Assembly: GCA_947628805.1 (NCBI GenBank)
Contig: CANRBG010000002.1
Coordinates: forward strand, 11,769 to 75,768
From: an uncultured Oscillospiraceae bacterium
GTDB lineage: Bacteria > Bacillota > Clostridia > Oscillospirales > Oscillospiraceae
Direction of reading: 5' to 3'
DNA: 64,000 bases
Both the position numbers and the translations under genes were made by a program. Every line of letters begins with the position of its first letter. Within the stretch, counting starts at the first letter, position 1. Positions 1 to 9,087 of this stretch are shown piece by piece. The notes beneath the pieces were generated by a model. That model did not search any database. It had not been told where the DNA came from and saw nothing but the letters and a program-made list of their open reading frames with translations.

Positions 1-2
1 CT

Positions 3-3000
3 GGCCTTGAAGGCGGCGCTGATAAAGTGACTTTCACAGGCGGCAGAGCCTCGTTCAGTATCTCGTCCAACGGTTCTGTGACCATCTCCGACCTGCCCGC
101 CGGCATGCATTTCACCGTCACGGAGACGGATGCGGCCAACTATACCGTTGCTTACAGCGGCGGAGCGGGCGTATCGTCCAATGAAGTGACCATCCCCGCC
201 GACGACACGGCCGCCGTCACCGTCACCAACACCCGCCGGACCGGCAGCCTGACCGTGACCAAGAAGGTGGAGGGCTATGCGTCGAACCGGTCCTTCCACT
301 TTTCGGTGGAGCTCCAGGATAACGGCGTTCTTGTCTCCGGCTCCTTCGGCGGCGTCACGTTCACTGATGGCGTGTATACTTTTGCCCTGACGCCCGGCTC
401 CGATTCGAGCGCCTCCCGGACCATCACCGGCTTGCCCGCCGGCGTGGCTTATACGGTGACGGAGACAGAGGCGGACCAGAACGGCTACACCACGACCTCC
501 ACCGGTACCACCGGTACCACCGGTGTGATCGATGCCGTCAACCCGGCCGCGGCGACTTTTACCAATACCCGTGCTACCGGCAGCCTGACCGTGACCAAGA
601 CTGTCACCGGTACCGACGCGGATAAGGAGGCATCCTTCTCCTTCACCGTGAGGCTGACCGACCCCGATGGCAGGCCAGTTGCCGGCTCTTTCGGCGGCGT
701 GGTCTTTGACGCCCAGGGCGTCAGCGAGACCCAGACCGTCAAGCATGACACGTCTGTGACCTTTACAGATCTGCCTGCCGGGGCGACAGCCGTCGTGACC
801 GAGACGGACGCCGACAGCAAATACACCGTCTCCTATGATCCTGCCAGCGCCGTCATCCCGGCCAATGGGACCGCCAGTATTGGCATCACCAACGCCCGCA
901 AGACCGGCCAATTGACGGTCGTGAAGCTGATGCTTAACGGCACGGCGGCGGACGAGATAAGGGATTTCCAGTTCACCCTGGCTCTGACCGACGGCGGCAG
1001 GCCCGTGACGGGCTCTTATAACTACAGTGTCGGCGGCGGCCCAGAGCAGAGCGCTGATTTTACATCGGGAAGCCATACCTTTACCATCCGGCCCGGAGAG
1101 GGCAACGCCGTGGTCATTACCGGCCTGCCCCTGGGCGCCCATGGGGAGGTACAGGAGATCGGAAACGCTGATTATGACACCACCTACGTGACCGGCAGCA
1201 TGTCCACCAATATGGTGGGCACGAGCGGCTCTGTCTCCGGCACGATCGGGACGGATTCCCGCGTAGTCATCCGCAACGTCCGCAAGACCGGTTCTCTGGT
1301 CATCACCAAGACCGTTGCCGGAGCGGATAACGTAACCAGCGAGGCCGCGCGGACGTTCACCTTCACCGTGAAGTTGACGGAAGCCGACGGTACAACGCCC
1401 ATATCCGGGACCTTTGGCGATGTGGTGTTTGGCCCAGACGGCGTCAGTTCCGCCCTGACGGTCGGCGCCGGCCAGTTTGTGACCATCTCCGACCTGCCTG
1501 CCGGAGCACGATACACCGTGACGGAGCAGGCGGCGTACCCGTTCTACAGCCTCACGGCCACGACGGCCGGCACCGGTACCATCCCGGCGGACGGTTCCGT
1601 CACGGCCGCTTTCACCAACACCTTCCAGCGAGGCAGCGTGAAGCTGGTCAAGCAGGTGGCTGCCGGCGGCAATACCCAGGGTACATTCACCTTCCGGGCG
1701 ACTCTTCTCAGCGGCAGCGGCGGCGCCTCCTCCCGGATATCCGGTGACTTTCCCATCGCTGCCGGCGCGGGGACGCTCGGCGGCGTTACCAATGGGATGC
1801 TCCATTTTGAAAACGGTGTGAGCGACATGTTCACGCTCACCGTGGCGCCCACGGCGTCCGGCGCCCTGACCGCTGGGGCGGACGTGACCATTTCCGGTCT
1901 GCCTGCCGGGCTCCAGTTCGTGGCCGAGGAGCTGCAGGGTGCGAGCGCGGAATACGACGTGACGTATTCCAACAATCATGCGGCCATTCCCGCCAACGGT
2001 ACCCTGACGGTCACCGTCACGAATACCTACAAGGGCGGCGACCTGAAGATCAGCAAGCAGGTTGTGGACGCGCCTGTGGGCACGGCCCCGAAGTTTACAT
2101 ATACCGTAACGCTCACCAACGCGGACAAAACGCCCTTTACCGGCCACCGGGGCGTCACGAGCAGCATTGGCGGCGTGACGACGACGCAGAGCGTGTATAT
2201 CCAAAATGGCGTATACACCTTTAGCGAGGGCCTGGGCGACGGTGACAGCTTCACCATCCTCAGTTTGCCCGAGGGCCTGACCTATGAGGTAAAAGAGGAT
2301 CAGCAGCCAGGCTATGTCCGCAGCTTTGGCAGCGGCAGCGCCTACTCGACTGGCGCCATCGGGAAGGGCACCACGGAGGTCAAGTACGTCAACACCTACC
2401 GGCCCGACACCCTGCATGTCGTGAAGGTATTTGACGTGCCCGCCGGCTACGATACCAGCGGCCTGTCCGCCAGCTTCACGATCACGCTGGACGGACATAG
2501 AGGCTGCAACGATAAGCACGGCGACGTGCAGTTTGAAAACGGCGTGGGCAGCTTTACCCTGACGCCCGACCATAACTCCGTTGATCTTACGCAGCTGCCC
2601 GATGGCCAGTTCACCATCACCGAGACATCGGTGAATAACGGCTTTGTGACATCCATCGAGGTCGCGGGCGACAGCGGTACGGCACAAGTGACGGATAAAA
2701 CGGTTACGGATACCTTCACCACCGCCACCAATGCAAAGACGGTCACCTTTACCAACCGCCTTGCCCGGGGCGGCCTGACCGTCACCAAGACCTTGCTGCA
2801 GCCGGCCGTAGGGGAGGACCTGAATACCGGCAGAACGTTTGGATTTACCGTGACTTTGAGCGACGATGCCATCAACGGTAAATATGGCGATATGACCTTT
2901 GAAGACGGCGTGGCCAGCTTTGAACTGGCCGGCGTTACCACGACAGATACGCCCAATACCCTGTCCGCCGCAGACCTGCCCGCGGGCCTGACCTACACCG

Positions 3001-6000
3001 TCACGGAGACGGGGGCGGACGACTATGCCACCACAGTGACCAACTCCGCTGCCGGCGGTTCCGTCAACAACGAGGCCCGCACGGCCACCGGCACGATCGC
3101 GGACGGCGGCACGGCTGCCGTCGCCTTTACCAACACCTTCAAGACAGGCAGTCTGACCGTCACAAAGCGGGTCGATGGAAATGATGGTGAGACAGGACAG
3201 TTCTGGATCACGCTGGAAAAGATCAATGACCCGCGTTTCGGAGGTACCTATGGTGACTTCACGTTCTATGGCGGCTCCGCCAGCGCACCGATCAGCAAGA
3301 ACGGCACGCTTAGCGCTGTGGGGCTGCCGGCGGGCGCGGCCTTCCGGGTAACGGAGCTCAACGCCGGCAGCGGCTATACAACCGCCTACGAGACGGCGAG
3401 CGGAACCGTTGGTGATCCGCCCACGGTCACGATCCCCTATGCCGCCTCGGCGGCCGCGTCCCCGGCCGCGGTCACGGTGGTCAACACCTACCACGGCGGC
3501 GAACTGACCGTCACAAAGCAGGTGACCGCGCCCTTCGATACGCTGGACAAGGATCGGGTCTTCTCCATCCAGGTCGAACTGAACAGGCCCGTCAATGGGA
3601 CGTACGGCAACATGACGTTTACGAACGGCACGGCGACACTGTCTATGAAGCACGGCGATAGCGTGTCCGCCACGGGTCTGCCCGACGGCACGCGTTACAC
3701 CGTAACGGAGGAGCCCAACACTTACTACAATGCCTCCTATAACGGGAGCGCCGCCGCCACGGAGGCCGCCGGCGTCATCCAGGAGTCTGTCCCGGCGGCC
3801 GTCACGGTCACCAACACCCGCAAGCTCTCGACCGGGACCCTGACGGTAACGAAGACCTCCAATGACCTTTATCCCATCGATGGCCAGAAGTTCAAGGTCA
3901 GTGTGCAGCTGACCATGAACGGCCAGGCGGTGAACTATACCGACGGCGTCTTTATAAACGGCACGGCCAGCTTCGAGCTGGGTATAGGCGAAAGCAAAAA
4001 GCTGACCGGTCTGCCGCTGGGCGTGACCTACACCGTAACGGAGGATATGAGCAGCGCGGCCAATTACACGGCGGAGTACGACGGCGCCACCGGCCTGGTC
4101 CTGGGGACCGGGGAGATGGCTGCCCACATCGACAACGTCCGCCAGACCGGTGATCTGACCATAACAAAGACCGTGACGGGCGATCACGCGGAGATGGATC
4201 GAGTATTCCATTTCACCGTGACCCTGGGCGACGACAGGATCAAGGGCCGCTTCGGGGACGTAGACTTTGAAGGCGGCGTGGCCCATGTGACGGCCAAGCA
4301 CGGCGAGCCCAAGGTCATCGAGGGCCTGCCCGCCGGCGTGGAATACAGCGTCACGGAGGACGAGGAGCCCGGCTATGTGCCCCAGCGCGGGACCATCAGC
4401 GCCACGACCGCGTCCACCGCCGAGGCCGCGTTTGTCAACGTGTATCACCACGGCGATCTGTCCGTGGAGAAGAGGGTCATGTCCGGCGGCAACCAATACG
4501 GGATATTTGAATTTGTCCTGACCTTCCCGGAGGATAACGTCAACGGAACTTACGCCATCCAGGCCGAAGCCGGCAGCCTGACGGAGCTCAACGGCACGCC
4601 CGTGACCACTGCCGCCGGGGACCTGAAGCTCCAGGTGGTAAACAGCCAGGCACGCTTCAAACTGCAAACGACCGCCGGCGCGGCCAAGGCGCTGATCGTT
4701 GGCCTGCCGGCCGGTGTGTGGTATAACGTCCGGGAGGTTGGCGCCGCGGAGTACGCAGCTACCTACTTTGTGGGCGGTATGCAGATGACCCGAAGCAGCT
4801 ATGCCTGGGGCGCGATCGTGGAGGGCCAGACCGAGGAGGTCCTGGTGGAGAACACCTACCGGGGCGGCGATCTGACCATCAGCAAGACCGTGGTGGACCC
4901 GCCCGCGGGCACGGACCCGGCATTTACGTTTACGGTAAATATAACGGTGGACGGCCAGCCCTTCTCCAGGGACTATTGCGGCGTCATCCGGCCCGGGGCC
5001 ACAGAGGCCGTGACCGAGAAGGTGCAGTCGCCGTTCACGTTCGAGCTGAAAAACGGCCAGAGCCTAACGCTGGTAGGACTGCCGGAGGGCGCTCAGTATA
5101 CAGTCACGGAGACCCCGCAGGCCGGATATGTCCGGACCTTGGCCGCCGGCAGCGACATGCAGACCGGGGAGATAGCGTTCCACGACAGGAAGGAAGTCAA
5201 ATTCGTCAATGCCTACCGGCCCGGCACGCTGACCGTGACGAAGGTCTTTGACGTGCCCGATTGGTATGATGACCAGCTGTCCGCGGACTTCACCATTACG
5301 CTGCAGGGCCATAGCTGCAGCGACCAACACGGCGATGTGAAGTTTGAAAACGGCGTTGGCAGTTTCACGCTGACCAGTGCCGCGCCCACTGTTACGATCC
5401 GGGACCTGCCGGCGGGTACATATACCGTCACCGAGACGAATGTCCCGCCTGACTTTGCTGCCGAGATCGAAGTAGAAAAAGGTGGGACAGTCCGGACCGT
5501 GCCGGGCACTGTCGTGAAGGACAGCTTTTCCGGCTTCGAGACCCAGCAGGTAGAGGTCGTCACCTATACTGACAAGCTGACCCGTGGCGATCTGACGGTC
5601 ACGAAGAACGTGACCGGCGCCCCGGCGTCGGATGTGAACAAGATGTTCGCCTTCCGCGTGGCGCTCATGAATGGCGCGACACCCATCGACCGGGCGTTTA
5701 CCGGCGCTGTCAATGAGGGCGGCGGTCGGTACGCGTTCTCCCTGGGCGACGCAGACTCCATCCGATTCGGCGATCTGCCCGCCGGCACCAAGTATACCAT
5801 AGAGGAGCTGGCTGACAGCGCGGCGGGATACGCCACCGACATCACCGGCGCGGAACGCACCGAAACGGACCGGTCCGCCTCCGGCGGCATCGCGGATGGT
5901 GAGACCGACGCGGTGGTCTATGCCAACAGCTACATGACCGGCTCCCTGACCGTGGAGAAGGTAGTGGCTGGCGGCGGCAGCGCCCTGCGGGATTTCAGCT

Positions 6001-7559
6001 TCACCGTCACCAAGGTGGGCGATGGTACCTACAACAGGACCTTTGCTAACGGTCTGCAGTTCCGAAACGGCGTGGCGCAGTTTACGCTGGCCGGCGGCGA
6101 CCAGGTCACCTTCGACGGCATCCCCGCCGGGGACTATGTGGTCCGTGAGACGCCCTATGCGGGCTACTTGGCGGCCTATGAGCCCGAGGCCAAGGAACCG
6201 GATGGCGGCGTAAAGGTCACGGTAGAAAATGGCCGGACCGCCACAGTCACGGTCACCAATACCTATACCGGCGGAGGCCTGACTATTACCAAGATCCTGG
6301 ACGGCGATCCCGCCGATCCGAATGACCAGTTCCTGTTCGCCGTATCTACCACCAGTGAGCGGGTGGCGGGGCCCCGGCTGGCGGTCCGGCAAGACGCGTC
6401 CGGCGCTTCGCACAGCGAAACGGTCAACTTTTCCAACAACAGCACCACCGTCATTCTGAGAGGCGGCGAGAGCGTTACGATCCAGGGTCTGCCCGCGGGC
6501 GCGGTATTCACCGTCCGTGAGACGGTCTTCCCGGGCTATTCTGCCGACGCCAGGAGCAAGTCCGCCGCTATCCCGGCCGGCGGGGCGGCCGCGTCCCTGA
6601 CCTTCACGAACGCCTATCGGGCGGGCGCCATTGAGATAACCAAGCATACCACCGGCACGGCCGCCGAAAAGGACCGGCAATTCACCTTCCGCGTGGAGCT
6701 GAGCGATACTGGGTGCAACCACACCCACGGCGGCGTGAAATTCACCAATGGCGTGTCGGCGAAATTCCAGCTGCATGACGGCCAGTCCATGTTGATCGAC
6801 AGGCTGCCCTTGGGCACGGAGTACAGGGTCATCGAGCTGGATGCCGACCAGTATGGCTATACCACTTCCTCTGTCAACGCCGCCGGTGCGATCGAGACAC
6901 AGGGCGTCACTGTTCCGGTGGAGTTCACCAATCATAAGGATCAGCCTGTGGAGCCGGGGCCTGTCACCACCGGCACGCTGGTGGTCACCAACGTCGTCGG
7001 TGGCGAGGGCGCCGACAAGACCATGGACTTTACTTACACCCTGGAGGTGACCGGCGCCGAGGCTGCCGTCACCGGCCAGCACGGCGATGTGACGTTCCAA
7101 GAGGACAACGCCGCGACTTTTACCCTGCGGCACCAGCAGTCCGTCACGGTTGGCGACCTGCCTGACGGGGCGACGGTGACCGTGACCCAGCAGGCGAAGG
7201 ACGGCTATCAGACATCCGTCAAGACCACCGCTCCCGCGGCGGTCAGTGCCTTGGCGCTGACACAGGAGCCCGGCGGCGCGGCGTCTGTCCTAAAGGGCAG
7301 CGAGAAGATCGAAAAGGGCATGGTGACCCATATCGACTTCACCAACCTGAAGTTCATCCAGAACGGGCCCGCCGGGCCCACGACCACGGAGCCCGCCGAG
7401 CCCACGGCAACGCCTACGCCTACGCCTGAGCCTACGGCGGCGCCCACCGCCCCCAATACCGGCGACGAGGCCCGGCCCGTCCTCTGGGCGGCGCTGCTGG
7501 CCCTGTCGGCCCTGGGTCTGGGCGCGGTGCTGACCCTGCGGCGGAAAAAGCACGACTGA
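3..7559 (+). CDS. Giant sortase-anchored surface adhesin of about 21 tandem CnaB/SpaA-type modules (5' end outside window)
   Basis: The frame is open to the window edge, and the residues before the listed GTG at 27 (GLEGGADK) continue the repeat pattern. Modules of 100-130 aa each carry L[TS]V[TV]K ... LP[AEDL]G..Y.VTE ... [FV][TV]N[TA][YRF]. The C-terminus has a PT-rich stalk, APNTG (7449-7463), a hydrophobic helix and an RRKKHD tail. Confidence 0.9.
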   Translation, partial: GLEGGADKVTFTGGRASFSISSNGSVTISDLPAGMHFTVTETDAANYTVAYSGGAGVSSNEVTIPADDTAAVTVTNTRRTGSLTVTKKVEGYASNRSFHFSVELQDNGVLVSGSFGGVTFTDGVYTFALTPGSDSSASRTITGLPAGVAYTVTETEADQNGYTTTSTGTTGTTGVIDAVNPAAATFTNTRATGSLTVTKTVTGTDADKEASFSFTVRLTDPDGRPVAGSFGGVVFDAQGVSETQTVKHDTSVTFTDLPAGATAVVTETDADSKYTVSYDPASAVIPANGTASIGITNARKTGQLTVVKLMLNGTAADEIRDFQFTLALTDGGRPVTGSYNYSVGGGPEQSADFTSGSHTFTIRPGEGNAVVITGLPLGAHGEVQEIGNADYDTTYVTGSMSTNMVGTSGSVSGTIGTDSRVVIRNVRKTGSLVITKTVAGADNVTSEAARTFTFTVKLTEADGTTPISGTFGDVVFGPDGVSSALTVGAGQFVTISDLPAGARYTVTEQAAYPFYSLTATTAGTGTIPADGSVTAAFTNTFQRGSVKLVKQVAAGGNTQGTFTFRATLLSGSGGASSRISGDFPIAAGAGTLGGVTNGMLHFENGVSDMFTLTVAPTASGALTAGADVTISGLPAGLQFVAEELQGASAEYDVTYSNNHAAIPANGTLTVTVTNTYKGGDLKISKQVVDAPVGTAPKFTYTVTLTNADKTPFTGHRGVTSSIGGVTTTQSVYIQNGVYTFSEGLGDGDSFTILSLPEGLTYEVKEDQQPGYVRSFGSGSAYSTGAIGKGTTEVKYVNTYRPDTLHVVKVFDVPAGYDTSGLSASFTITLDGHRGCNDKHGDVQFENGVGSFTLTPDHNSVDLTQLPDGQFTITETSVNNGFVTSIEVAGDSGTAQVTDKTVTDTFTTATNAKTVTFTNRLARGGLTVTKTLLQPAVGEDLNTGRTFGFTVTLSDDAINGKYGDMTFEDGVASFELAGVTTTDTPNTLSAADLPAGLTYTVTETGADDYATTVTNSAAGGSVNNEARTATGTIADGGTAAVAFTNTFKTGSLTVTKRVDGNDGETGQFWITLEKINDPRFGGTYGDFTFYGGSASAPISKNGTLSAVGLPAGAAFRVTELNAGSGYTTAYETASGTVGDPPTVTIPYAASAAASPAAVTVVNTYHGGELTVTKQVTAPFDTLDKDRVFSIQVELNRPVNGTYGNMTFTNGTATLSMKHGDSVSATGLPDGTRYTVTEEPNTYYNASYNGSAAATEAAGVIQESVPAAVTVTNTRKLSTGTLTVTKTSNDLYPIDGQKFKVSVQLTMNGQAVNYTDGVFINGTASFELGIGESKKLTGLPLGVTYTVTEDMSSAANYTAEYDGATGLVLGTGEMAAHIDNVRQTGDLTITKTVTGDHAEMDRVFHFTVTLGDDRIKGRFGDVDFEGGVAHVTAKHGEPKVIEGLPAGVEYSVTEDEEPGYVPQRGTISATTASTAEAAFVNVYHHGDLSVEKRVMSGGNQYGIFEFVLTFPEDNVNGTYAIQAEAGSLTELNGTPVTTAAGDLKLQVVNSQARFKLQTTAGAAKALIVGLPAGVWYNVREVGAAEYAATYFVGGMQMTRSSYAWGAIVEGQTEEVLVENTYRGGDLTISKTVVDPPAGTDPAFTFTVNITVDGQPFSRDYCGVIRPGATEAVTEKVQSPFTFELKNGQSLTLVGLPEGAQYTVTETPQAGYVRTLAAGSDMQTGEIAFHDRKEVKFVNAYRPGTLTVTKVFDVPDWYDDQLSADFTITLQGHSCSDQHGDVKFENGVGSFTLTSAAPTVTIRDLPAGTYTVTETNVPPDFAAEIEVEKGGTVRTVPGTVVKDSFSGFETQQVEVVTYTDKLTRGDLTVTKNVTGAPASDVNKMFAFRVALMNGATPIDRAFTGAVNEGGGRYAFSLGDADSIRFGDLPAGTKYTIEELADSAAGYATDITGAERTETDRSASGGIADGETDAVVYANSYMTGSLTVEKVVAGGGSALRDFSFTVTKVGDGTYNRTFANGLQFRNGVAQFTLAGGDQVTFDGIPAGDYVVRETPYAGYLAAYEPEAKEPDGGVKVTVENGRTATVTVTNTYTGGGLTITKILDGDPADPNDQFLFAVSTTSERVAGPRLAVRQDASGASHSETVNFSNNSTTVILRGGESVTIQGLPAGAVFTVRETVFPGYSADARSKSAAIPAGGAAASLTFTNAYRAGAIEITKHTTGTAAEKDRQFTFRVELSDTGCNHTHGGVKFTNGVSAKFQLHDGQSMLIDRLPLGTEYRVIELDADQYGYTTSSVNAAGAIETQGVTVPVEFTNHKDQPVEPGPVTTGTLVVTNVVGGEGADKTMDFTYTLEVTGAEAAVTGQHGDVTFQEDNAATFTLRHQQSVTVGDLPDGATVTVTQQAKDGYQTSVKTTAPAAVSALALTQEPGGAASVLKGSEKIEKGMVTHIDFTNLKFIQNGPAGPTTTEPAEPTATPTPTPEPTAAPTAPNTGDEARPVLWAALLALSALGLGAVLTLRRKKHD

Positions 7560-7575
7560 TATCCCATACGACGCG

Positions 7576-7609
7576 GTGACCCCGGCCAGACAGGCCGGGG
7601 TCACTTTTT
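7576..7609 (+). terminator. Rho-independent terminator after the adhesin gene
   Basis: 12-bp GC-rich stem gtgaccccggcc / ggccggggtcac with a 5-nt loop, followed by TTTTT. Confidence 0.8.
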
Positions 7610-7638
7610 GCGCCCGGCGCATATACTGGCGGGGAGGG

Positions 7639-8715
7639 ATGGACGTGAAGATCTACGTTTATGCCATAGCGAAGAATGAGTCCGCCTTTGCGGCGCGGTG
7701 GATGGCCTCCATGGGCGAGGCGGACGGGATATACGTGCTGGACACGGGGAGCGGCGACGGCACGCCGGATATCCTTCGGGGCCTGGGGGCCCATGTGGAG
7801 CAAGCGGAGGTGGAGCCCTGGCGGTTCGACGCGGCCCGGAATCTGTCCATGGACCTGGTCCCGGCCGACGGGGACGTTCTGGTCTGCACGGATCTGGACG
7901 AGGTGCTGTGCCCCGGCTGGCGGGCGGCCCTGGAGGCAGCCTGGCGGCCGGAGTGCACCACAGCCCGGTACGAGTATGTGTGGTCGTTCAACGCCGACGG
8001 CTCCGACGGGGTGAAGTACCTTTACGAGAAGGTCCACCGGCCCGGCGTCTGCCGCTGGACCCATCCGGTCCACGAGATATTGACCTACGACGTGCCGAAG
8101 GTGTTCTGCCACGTACCCGGCATGCGCCTGGAGCATCACCCGGACCCGGCCAAGAGCCGGAGCGATTACCTGCGGCTTTTGGAGGTCAGTGTGGCGGAGA
8201 GCCCGGAGGACGACCGGAACCGGCACTACCTGGGCCGGGAGTACATGTACCGGGGCCGGTGGGAGGACGCGATCCGGACACTCCGGGATCACCTGGCCAT
8301 GCCTACGGCGGTGTGGCGGCCGGAGCGGGCGGCCTCCATGCGGTACATCGCCCGGGCCTACCTGGCGCTGGGGGACAGCGAAAAGGCGGAGATGTGGCTG
8401 CTGCGGGCGGTATTCGAGGCCCCGGAGCAGCGGGAAGCGCTGGTGGAGCTGGCCGAACTCATGGAGCGGCAGGAGCGGTGGCCGGAGTGCGAGCGGTACT
8501 GCCGGATGGCCCTGGCCGTCACCGACCGGGATATGAGCTATACCACGGAGCCCTGGGCCTGGGGCAGCCTGCCCTGGGACCTGCTCAGCCTGGCCTGCTG
8601 GCACCAGGGCCATCGGGACTGGGCGGTCAACTGCGCCCGCCGGGCCCTGGCCCTGGAGCCGGACAACGAGCGTATCCGGCGCAATCTGGCGCTGATGCAG
8701 GCCGGCGAGCCGTGA
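7639..8715 (+). CDS. Family-2 (GT-A) glycosyltransferase with C-terminal TPR-like repeats
   Basis: The N-terminus IYVYAIAKNES...VLDTGSGDGT...CTDLDE (DxD) is typical of GT2. The C-terminal half is helical-repeat/TPR-like (YLGREYMYRGRWEDAI, ARAYLALGDSEKAEMWL). ATG at 7639 follows GGGGAGGG. The listed GTG at 7576 lies inside the upstream terminator. Confidence 0.8.
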   Translation: MDVKIYVYAIAKNESAFAARWMASMGEADGIYVLDTGSGDGTPDILRGLGAHVEQAEVEPWRFDAARNLSMDLVPADGDVLVCTDLDEVLCPGWRAALEAAWRPECTTARYEYVWSFNADGSDGVKYLYEKVHRPGVCRWTHPVHEILTYDVPKVFCHVPGMRLEHHPDPAKSRSDYLRLLEVSVAESPEDDRNRHYLGREYMYRGRWEDAIRTLRDHLAMPTAVWRPERAASMRYIARAYLALGDSEKAEMWLLRAVFEAPEQREALVELAELMERQERWPECERYCRMALAVTDRDMSYTTEPWAWGSLPWDLLSLACWHQGHRDWAVNCARRALALEPDNERIRRNLALMQAGEP

Positions 8716-8767
8716 TTTTGCACAAGAATGGAGGGCTCCCCAGCCCAGAAATGTCAAATACCCATAC

Positions 8768-8796
8768 TTGAAAAAAAGGCGAAAATCGTTTATATT
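8768..8796 (+). promoter_or_regulatory. Sigma-A-type promoter for the riboswitch-agcS transcript
   Basis: TTGAAA, 17 nt spacer, TATATT, in an AT-rich intergenic region. Confidence 0.55.
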
Positions 8797-8833
8797 ATAA
8801 GAAAACCATACATGATCCCGGAAGAAAAATTCA

Positions 8834-9040
8834 TACTGCCAGGAGAAGCCGGCAGGACCGCGAGGAACTGTCAGTGGATGGGATTCTGGAGAAGCCCGCT
8901 TTCAGAGCGGGGGCCGAAGGGGCAAGGCGTGAAACGCTTAAACTCTCAGGCAAAAGGACAGAATGAGGCCCGCGAAGATTGGGTGGGTAGTCCGGTTGCT
9001 TGAGCGTACCTTCTGGTAAGCTCATTTTGTTTAACATTGG
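8834..9040 (+). promoter_or_regulatory. Glycine riboswitch (one full aptamer 8883-8964 preceded by a short stem-loop) plus expression platform
   Basis: Aptamer core matches the glycine consensus: P1 ATTCTG...CAGAAT, GGAGAAG, CCGAAGGGGCAA, CTCAGGCAAAAGGAC. Downstream CTCATTTTG (about 9020-9030) can pair with the P1 3' strand CAGAATGAG, an alternative terminator-like helix. It sits upstream of an alanine/glycine symporter, a classic context. Confidence 0.8.
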
Positions 9041-9087
9041 TTTTTTACCTGTTAAAGCACTAAACTGCAACGTAAGGAGAGAGAACA

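Noticed and set aside
5064-7133. 689-aa minus-strand ORF, plus many 60-170-aa ORFs inside the adhesin gene
   Set aside because: They are antisense or out of frame within a strongly supported repeat-protein CDS, have biased R/G/P composition, and lack an RBS context.
7576-7638. Listed GTG start at 7576 for the glycosyltransferase
   Set aside because: That codon and the following 34 nt form the adhesin terminator hairpin. ATG 7639, with GGGGAGGG upstream, gives the typical GT2 N-terminus.
7432-8771. 441-aa minus-strand and 357-aa plus-strand alternative-frame ORFs over the GT2-TPR gene
   Set aside because: Only the 7639-8715 frame gives GT2 (DxD) and TPR motifs. The others are Arg/Pro/Gly-rich.
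8728-9003. 91-aa ORF
   Set aside because: It overlaps the promoter and the glycine riboswitch aptamer, so the sequence is explained by RNA structure.
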